Part shown: in pieces, positions 8,124 to 13,468 of the stretch | Numbering within the stretch: the first letter of the stretch is position 1 | How the letters are laid out: the number at the start of each line of letters is the position of its first letter | From: Myxococcales bacterium | GTDB lineage: Bacteria; Myxococcota; Myxococcia; Myxococcales; Anaeromyxobacteraceae | Assembly: GCA_038320275.1 (NCBI GenBank) | Contig: JBBQEB010000107.1 | Location: 1 to 13,468, forward strand | Direction: 5' to 3' | Length of the DNA: 13,468 bases | Made by a program: the position numbers and the translations under genes | Notes under the pieces: model-generated | What the model was told of the DNA's origin: nothing | Database searches by the model: none | What the model saw: the letters and a program-made list of their open reading frames with translations, nothing else

Positions 8124-9834
8124 CGGGGCCGGGGGGCGGCGCCACCGTGCCATAGACGGGCGAGGCCGTCGCCGGGCGCCCGAAGCGCGTCCGCAGCACG
8201 ACGCCGAGGACGAACAGCCAGACCGCCGCCCACGACAGGAAGCCGAGCAAGGGGATCTGCCCCACCGCCACCAGCACGGCCGTGCCGAGCGCGAGGTGCA
8301 CGACCGCGGCCCCGCGCTGCGGCCGGAGCGGCAGGGCGCGCCCGAAGTGCATCGCGAGCGCGGTGAACCCCATCACGCCCGCCACCAGCGTGCCCAGGAG
8401 GAGCACCGCCACGAGCGGGATGCCCACGATGGTGACGACGAGCAGGAGCGCGATGACGGGCAGGGCCAGCATCCCCAGGATGCCGGTGAGCACCGCCTTC
8501 ACGGGGGCCTGAGTGAGCGAGCCGGTGAGCGCCTCCAGCCGGCGCGGGGCGACGAGGAGGAAGAGGAGCCCCATGGTGAAGAAGGCCGCGAACTGCGCCA
8601 GCGCGTGGCCGACGCCCAGCAGCCGGGACGCGCTCCGGGTAGGGGAGAGCCCCGCCACGCCGGCCAGGGAGAGCATGCCCCCCAGCCCCGGCACGTCGAT
8701 GCTGGTCTGCCCGCCCTCCACCTCGCCGCCCTGATCGATGACGATGCGCCCGCCGATGGAGACGGCGTCGGCTCCCACGTGCGCGCCGGGAGACACGTGC
8801 ACGTCCCCCCCGATGGCGACCACCTCGCGGTCCACCACCACCCCAGGAGCGAGGTCGATGGAGCCCAGGATCGCTGTCACCTGATCGGCCGTCGCGCCCG
8901 CTTCCAGCCGCACGCTCCCGCCGATCACCACCACGTCTCCCGCCCGCTCCCCGGGGCCGATCACCTGGCTCCCGCGGAGGACGCGGTCGTGCCCTTTGCG
9001 GCGGTTGCCGCGAGCCGCCTTTGCTCCGTCCTCGGCCTTATCGGCGGCGCCCTCGGCCCTCTCCAGCTCTCGCAGGCTCCGGTTCGCCTCGGCCACGGCT
9101 CCGTCGGAGAGCTGCTGGAGCTCCTCGTCGGTGGGCCCGAAGGTGCGCGCCCGGCGATTTCCCTCGATGACCATCGCCGGGCCGCTCCCGCGGGCGACCG
9201 TGAGGATGCTTCCCTCGCGTGAGGCGACGAGCCCGGCCTGGGAGAGCACGGCCCGCAGCACCTCCTCCACCGGCGCCTCCTTGAAGCGGCCCGAGACCGT
9301 GCCCCGCAGCCCCGGCGGCAGGACGATCGAGATGGCGGCTGCGTCGGCGATCTTGCGAAGCGCGTCTCCCACCGGCACCTCGACCAGGTCGCCGCTGAAG
9401 CGCTTGCCGCTGGGCCGGTCGATCCCGGAGAGGACGGGGCGGGACGCGGCCGGCAGCGGCAGCCCCGGCGCCACCGTCACCGTGTCGCCGCGCCGCGTGG
9501 CCACCAGCGGCGATCCCTCCAGCACGGCGTCGAGCGCCGTCTCCACCGGCACGTCGCGGAGGGTGAGGACGAGGGTGCGGTCACCCAGGCGGCCGGTATT
9601 GGCCACCAGATTCCAGCCTGCCGAGTCGGCGATGCGCTCCAGCGCCTCGTCCACGGTGAGGTGCTCGCCCATGAACGCCGGGCTGAGCTTCCTTCCCGAG
9701 GGCCGCTCGGGCCACTCGCCCACCCGCCGCGAGACCGGGCCGGAGGCGGGCGCGGGCGGCGGCGAAGGGGCCGGCGGCGGCTCGGGCGCTCCGAGCAGGG
9801 CCAGCAGGGCGAGCGCGATGGGGAGGGGGAGCAT
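8113..9834 (-). CDS. Exported/membrane protein: signal peptide, two STN (secretin/TonB N-terminal)-like domains, beta-solenoid (bactofilin-like) repeats and a multi-pass C-terminal membrane domain, 573 aa
   Basis: Hydrophobic N-terminus and Pro-rich linker. Duplicated ~78-aa units (aa 44-123, 140-215) with pattern ALxxIAxxA...(L/F)xxxPVExxLxAVL...RxGxxxTVA. 18-19-aa repeats such as DVVVIGGSVRL / EVVAIGGDVHV / DAVSIGGRIVI (aa ~283-380). About 5-6 hydrophobic helices (aa ~405-548). Starts 18 bp after the anti-sigma gene. Confidence 0.85.
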   Translation of the reverse strand: MLPLPIALALLALLGAPEPPPAPSPPPAPASGPVSRRVGEWPERPSGRKLSPAFMGEHLTVDEALERIADSAGWNLVANTGRLGDRTLVLTLRDVPVETALDAVLEGSPLVATRRGDTVTVAPGLPLPAASRPVLSGIDRPSGKRFSGDLVEVPVGDALRKIADAAAISIVLPPGLRGTVSGRFKEAPVEEVLRAVLSQAGLVASREGSILTVARGSGPAMVIEGNRRARTFGPTDEELQQLSDGAVAEANRSLRELERAEGAADKAEDGAKAARGNRRKGHDRVLRGSQVIGPGERAGDVVVIGGSVRLEAGATADQVTAILGSIDLAPGVVVDREVVAIGGDVHVSPGAHVGADAVSIGGRIVIDQGGEVEGGQTSIDVPGLGGMLSLAGVAGLSPTRSASRLLGVGHALAQFAAFFTMGLLFLLVAPRRLEALTGSLTQAPVKAVLTGILGMLALPVIALLLVVTIVGIPLVAVLLLGTLVAGVMGFTALAMHFGRALPLRPQRGAAVVHLALGTAVLVAVGQIPLLGFLSWAAVWLFVLGVVLRTRFGRPATASPVYGTVAPPPGPVTS

Positions 9835-9852
9835 GGGGCGGCCGGGTCGCCG

Positions 9853-10365
9853 TCAGGCGGCCAGCTCCGCGCGCCCTGGTACGAGCTGCGAGAGCGCGAG
9901 AGCGAAGAGGAGCACCAGGGCAGAGCAGGCGAGGCCGATCTGCAGCCGCAGCGCGCGGACCACCGGGCCGAGCACCTCGACCGCGAGCGCGGCGGCAGCG
10001 GCGGCGGAGCCCGCCAGATCGGAGGCGCGCGAGAGCACCGGCGCCCAGGCGCTCGCGCCCGCCAGGGCGAAAAAGATCATCGCGAGCGCGATCGCAGCTC
10101 CCAGGATGCCGCCAGCCAGCCGGCGCTCCCGCGCGCGATGCAGCTCGAGCTCGTCCACCCGGGCCATGACGCTCGCGGTGAAGTCGCGCGGAGGGAGCGG
10201 CGCCTCCAGGCCGGCGAGCGCGCCCGCCAGCGCCCGGTACGACTCCACCAGCAGCGCACAGTCGTCGCACGCCGAGAGGTGCGCCTCGCAGCCGTCGCGC
10301 TCAGGCCCGGTGACGAGGCCGTCCACCAGCCGCTGGGCTCGGTCGTCGTCGAGGTGCGGGGTCAT
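9853..10365 (-). CDS. Zinc-binding (ZAS/zf-HC2) membrane-anchored anti-sigma factor, 170 aa
   Basis: H4-x24-H29xxxC33xxC36 (HLSACDDC), PPRDFTASVMARV linker, then two hydrophobic segments. ATGA overlap with the ECF sigma gene; GGAGG upstream. Confidence 0.9.
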   Translation of the reverse strand: MTPHLDDDRAQRLVDGLVTGPERDGCEAHLSACDDCALLVESYRALAGALAGLEAPLPPRDFTASVMARVDELELHRARERRLAGGILGAAIALAMIFFALAGASAWAPVLSRASDLAGSAAAAAALAVEVLGPVVRALRLQIGLACSALVLLFALALSQLVPGRAELAA

Positions 10366-11000
10366 GGTGCCTCCGGAGCGCCGAGGGTGTCGCGCAGCTG
10401 GGCGCGCGCGCGGTGGAGCCAGGTCATCACGGTGCCGATGGGGATCTCCAGGGTAGCGGCGATCTCCTTGTAGCTCAGGCCGTCGACGTGAAACAGGTGG
10501 ACCACCTCACGGTAGCGGGGTGGCAGCGCGGCCACCGCGGCGCCCAGCGACGCGGCGCTCTCTGCGCGCTCCAGCCCCTCGTCGGCCGGCTCGCGGGAGG
10601 GGTCCGCGAGCTCGGTCCGCTCCCCTTCCTCGCCCTCCGCGTCGAGCTCGACCCTGCGGCCGGCAGGCAGGCGCCGGCGAACCACGTCGATGGCATGATT
10701 GCGGGCGATGCGCAGCAGCCAGGGCGTGAACGGCTGGGCGGGGTCGTAGGTGGCGACCGCGCCCCAGGCCCGGACGAACGTCTCTTGCGCGGCGTCGCGG
10801 GCCTCCTCGGGATCGCGCAGGAGCCGGACGCAGAGGCCAAAGACGAGGCGCTTGTGAAGGTCGACGAGCCGAGCGAACGCCTCGCGATCGCCGCGGCCGG
10901 CCTCCCGCGCCAGCGCGGCGCTCTCGAGCGGGATCTCGGATGTCACGCGCTCTGCCGGACGGGCCCAGCCTGTCGCCTCGAGCACCATCGCGCCGATCAT
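10362..11000 (-). CDS. ECF (sigma-70 group 4) RNA polymerase sigma factor, SigW/RpoE-like, about 212 aa (alternative starts 11009, 10988)
   Basis: Region 2: GDREAFARLV, EEARDAAQETFVRAW, FTPWLLRIARNHAIDVVRRR. Region 4: LPPRYREVVHL, LSYKEIAATLEIPIGTVMTWLHRARAQLR. ATG 11009 abuts the putative -10, so 11000 is preferred. Confidence 0.95.
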   Translation of the reverse strand: MIGAMVLEATGWARPAERVTSEIPLESAALAREAGRGDREAFARLVDLHKRLVFGLCVRLLRDPEEARDAAQETFVRAWGAVATYDPAQPFTPWLLRIARNHAIDVVRRRLPAGRRVELDAEGEEGERTELADPSREPADEGLERAESAASLGAAVAALPPRYREVVHLFHVDGLSYKEIAATLEIPIGTVMTWLHRARAQLRDTLGAPEAP

Positions 11001-11009
11001 GTGGTCCAT

Positions 11010-11035
11010 TACGCCCGACCGTGCCCCCTATTTCA
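11010..11035 (-). promoter_or_regulatory. Putative autoregulatory ECF promoter TGAAAT-N16-CGTA
   Basis: Minus strand reads TGAAAT (11035-11030) agggggcacggtcggg CGTA (11013-11010). This is one mismatch from the Bacillus SigW consensus TGAAAC-N16-CGTA and lies directly upstream of the ECF gene. Confidence 0.75.
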
Positions 11036-11161
11036 GAGGCCCAGATCCCAGGAGGGCCGTGGCGGCGCCGTGCTCGCCCGGTGGGAACCCCCCGGGAAGG
11101 GTCACCCATCGTTCTTGAGGGTGCGGCGGCCTTGGAGCACGCTCCGCGCGTGCCTGCGGAC

Positions 11162-12262
11162 ATGATCGAGCTCGACGGAAGCGCCGGCGAGGGTGGCGGG
11201 CAGATCCTTCGGACGGCACTCTCGCTCGCGTCCATCACCGGAAAGCCCTTTTCCATCGGCAATATCCGCGCCCATCGCATCAAGCCGGGCCTGCGGCCGC
11301 AGCATCGGGAGGCGGCCCTCGCGGTGGCGCAGCTTTGCCGGGCCGAGGTGAGCGGGGCGGAGGTCGGCTCTTCCGAGCTGCGGTTCGTGCCCACCGCGCC
11401 CGTGCGCCCCGGCGACCACGCCTTCGACATCGGCACCGCCGGCTCGACGCCACTGCTGTTCCAGACGATCTGCTTCCCTCTGGCGCTCGCGGGAGGGCGC
11501 TCGCAGCTCACGGTCCGCGGCGGCACGCACCAGCAGTACAGCCCCACCTTCCACGACCTGGCCCTCGTGTGGGTGCCGGCCATGGCGCGGCTCGGCTTCC
11601 GTTTCGAGGTCGCGCTGCAGGCCGCCGGCTTCTATCCGGAGGGAGGCGGCGAGCTCACCGCCGTCATCGAGTCCGCGCATCCCATGCCGCCCCTCGACCT
11701 CCGCCACCGCGGCACGCTGAAGGAGGTGGAGGTGACGGCGATGGTGGCCGGCCTGCCTTTCGAGGTCGCCGAGCGGCTGGCCGCGCGCGCCCGCCTCAAG
11801 CTGCGAGAGCTGGGCATCGCGGCGGAGGCGACCCGCGTTCCGGTTCCGGCGCGGCAGTCCACCGGCAGCCACCTGCTCATCGTGGCCACGTTCGAGCGGA
11901 CGCGCGCCGGCTTCGGCGCCCTGGGCGATCGCGGGCAGACTCCCGACCGCGCTGCGGACGAGGCGGTGGCGGAGCTCGCCACCTTCCTGCACGGAGGCGG
12001 GGCGGTCGACCGCCACCTGGGCGACCAGCTGCTCCTGCCCGCAGCGCTCCTGGCGGCGGGGCTCGTGAAGCCTCCCCCGGGCGTGGTGCCGGTGACGCGC
12101 TACACCGTGTCCGCCGTGACGAAGCATCTCCTCACCACTGCCGAGGTGGTGAAGCGCTTCCTCCCGGTGAACCTCGCCATCGTGGGCAAGGAGGACGAGG
12201 AAGGCGAGGTGCGCGTCCAGCCCGCCGGCGCCGAGGTGGAAGTGCTGCCCATGCAGGCGTGA
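11162..12262 (+). CDS. rtcA: RNA 3'-terminal phosphate cyclase, about 366 aa
   Basis: MIELDGSAGEGGGQILRTALSL, KPGLRPQH, GTAGSTPLLFQT, GGT, GFYPEGGG, HLGDQL and a catalytic-His region TKHLLT..VVKRFL. The 10940 start in the ORF track is an overextension. Confidence 0.95.
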   Translation: MIELDGSAGEGGGQILRTALSLASITGKPFSIGNIRAHRIKPGLRPQHREAALAVAQLCRAEVSGAEVGSSELRFVPTAPVRPGDHAFDIGTAGSTPLLFQTICFPLALAGGRSQLTVRGGTHQQYSPTFHDLALVWVPAMARLGFRFEVALQAAGFYPEGGGELTAVIESAHPMPPLDLRHRGTLKEVEVTAMVAGLPFEVAERLAARARLKLRELGIAAEATRVPVPARQSTGSHLLIVATFERTRAGFGALGDRGQTPDRAADEAVAELATFLHGGGAVDRHLGDQLLLPAALLAAGLVKPPPGVVPVTRYTVSAVTKHLLTTAEVVKRFLPVNLAIVGKEDEEGEVRVQPAGAEVEVLPMQA

Positions 12263-12280
12263 TCCGTTATGACGTCGGGC

Positions 12281-13366
12281 ATGGCCCTCGACACCACCAC
12301 TGCTCTCGCCGCGCTGAAGAAGGTGCTCGATCCCGAGCTGAAGCGCGACCTCGTCAGCCTGGGGATGGTGAAGGACCTCGAGGTCACGGGTACCACCGTG
12401 GCGCTGCAGGTCGAGCTCACCACCCCGGCCTGCCCTCTCAAGGACACCATCCGGCGCGATGTGGAGGCCGCACTGCGCGGGGCCGGCGCCACCGCCGTGG
12501 ACCTCCGCTGGGGCGCGCGCGTGCGCTCCGCACCGGGCACGGCGGACGGGGGGCTCACCCCGGGCGTGAAGAACATCGTGCTCGTGGGGGCGGGGAAGGG
12601 AGGCGTCGGGAAGAGCACCGTGGCGCTCAACCTCGCCGTGTCGCTCGGGCGCATGGGTGCGACGGTGGGCCTCCTCGATGCCGACATCTATGGTCCCTCG
12701 CTGCCCATCATGACGGGGGCCACCGAACGCCCGGCCTCCAGCGACGGCAAGCGCCTCGAGACGCTTCACGCCTTCGGCATCAAGACCATGTCCATCGGGT
12801 TCCTGGTCGAGCCCGACCAGGCCCTCATCTGGCGCGGGCCCATGGTGACGGGGGCGCTCCTTCAGCTCCTCCGGGACGTGAACTGGGGGGAGCTCGACTA
12901 CCTCGTGCTCGATCTGCCCCCCGGCACCGGAGACATCCCGCTCACCCTGGCGCAGAACGTCCGCGCGGCGGGGGTGGTGCTCGTATCCACGCCGCAGGAC
13001 GTGGCGCTCGCCGACGTGATCCGGGCCAAGCTGATGTTCGACAAGGTCTCCATCCCCGTGCTCGGGATCGTGGAGAACATGTCCTCCTTCGTCTGCCCAC
13101 ACTGCCGCGAAACGACGAACATCTTCGACCACGGTGGCGGCCGCGCGGCGGCCGAGAAGATGGGCATCCGCTTCCTGGGCGAGATCCCGCTCGACCTCGC
13201 GGTGCGCGAGGGCGGCGACAAGGGCGTGCCGGTGGCGGCGGGCATGCCGGACGGGCCGCAGGCGATCGCCTTCATGGAGATGGCGCGGCAGGTGGCTGGG
13301 GCGGTGTCGGTGCAGAACATCAAGGCTCCCAAGCTGCCTGTCCTGGGCTCCCAGCCGAGGGCGTGA
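12281..13366 (+). CDS. mrp: Mrp/ApbC/NBP35-family Fe-S cluster carrier ATPase with N-terminal DUF59-like domain, about 361 aa (alternative start 12269)
   Basis: VLDPELKRDLVSLGMV and LTTPACP (DUF59), deviant Walker A GKGGVGKST, LDADIYGPS, WRGPM, DLPPGTGD, GIVENMSSFVCPHC, FLGEIPLD. Confidence 0.95.
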   Translation: MALDTTTALAALKKVLDPELKRDLVSLGMVKDLEVTGTTVALQVELTTPACPLKDTIRRDVEAALRGAGATAVDLRWGARVRSAPGTADGGLTPGVKNIVLVGAGKGGVGKSTVALNLAVSLGRMGATVGLLDADIYGPSLPIMTGATERPASSDGKRLETLHAFGIKTMSIGFLVEPDQALIWRGPMVTGALLQLLRDVNWGELDYLVLDLPPGTGDIPLTLAQNVRAAGVVLVSTPQDVALADVIRAKLMFDKVSIPVLGIVENMSSFVCPHCRETTNIFDHGGGRAAAEKMGIRFLGEIPLDLAVREGGDKGVPVAAGMPDGPQAIAFMEMARQVAGAVSVQNIKAPKLPVLGSQPRA

Positions 13367-13367
13367 C

Positions 13368-13468
13368 ATGGCCGATCCCCTGGACGAGGCTGCAAGGCGC
13401 GAGGGCGCTCCGGCGGCGGATCCCGGCGAGGCGGACAGCGCGCGCGGCAGGTTCGTGGCCGATGCCGT
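13368..13468 (+). CDS. Start of an unidentified protein, truncated by the window end
   Basis: ATG 1 nt after the mrp stop, with GAGG at 13357-13360. Frame is open to the end: MADPLDEAARREGAPAADPGEADSARGRFVADA. Too short to assign. Confidence 0.6.
   Translation, partial: MADPLDEAARREGAPAADPGEADSARGRFVADA

Noticed and set aside
8111..8125. CGTCA-agaag-TGACG inverted repeat containing both stop codons of the 11-bp convergent overlap
   Set aside because: Only 5 bp, largely explained by the two TGA codons, with no U-tract; not supportable as a terminator.
11060..11074. TGGCGGCGCCGTGCT as a sigma54 promoter for rtcA
   Set aside because: GG and GC are separated by 9 nt rather than the required 10, and the flanking match is weak.
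11084..11113. GGAACC...CGTT as an ECF promoter for rtcA
   Set aside because: The spacer is 20 nt, too long for a typical ECF promoter.
11102..13369. Long antisense or alternative-frame ORFs (e.g. 11102..13369 -, 2063..3646 +, 5599..6969 -, 6738..8153 -, 8996..10456 +)
   Set aside because: They overlap well-supported genes, lack recognisable motifs, and are expected from stop-codon scarcity at high GC.
13368..13468. RFVADA as the start of a Mut7-C RNase domain
   Set aside because: Only six residues match and the next codon begins GT (Val) rather than the usual Met-Leu-Gly; the sequence is truncated.

Overview
A very GC-rich bacterial chromosomal segment. Gene content and order suggest Myxococcota, Anaeromyxobacter-like (inference). 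It is mostly core genome. Left to right: 3' end of a RimK-family ATP-grasp ligase; two tandem paralogous KGG-repeat (GsiB/Em-like) stress proteins; a YciO-type Sua5/YrdC-family protein; an oppositely oriented SAM methyltransferase; xerD; a tightly packed site-2 protease-trpS-scpA-scpB-rluB operon; a minus-strand three-gene ECF module; then rtcA, mrp/apbC and the start of a further ORF. The most unusual element is the ECF module. It comprises a SigW-like sigma, a zinc-binding anti-sigma with almost no extracytoplasmic domain, and a 573-aa protein with two duplicated STN-like domains, a beta-solenoid repeat and a multi-pass membrane domain. It is preceded by a TGAAAT-N16-CGTA putative autoregulatory promoter. 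No rRNA, tRNA, CRISPR or IS element was seen. All calls come from motif recognition by eye; no database searches were run.
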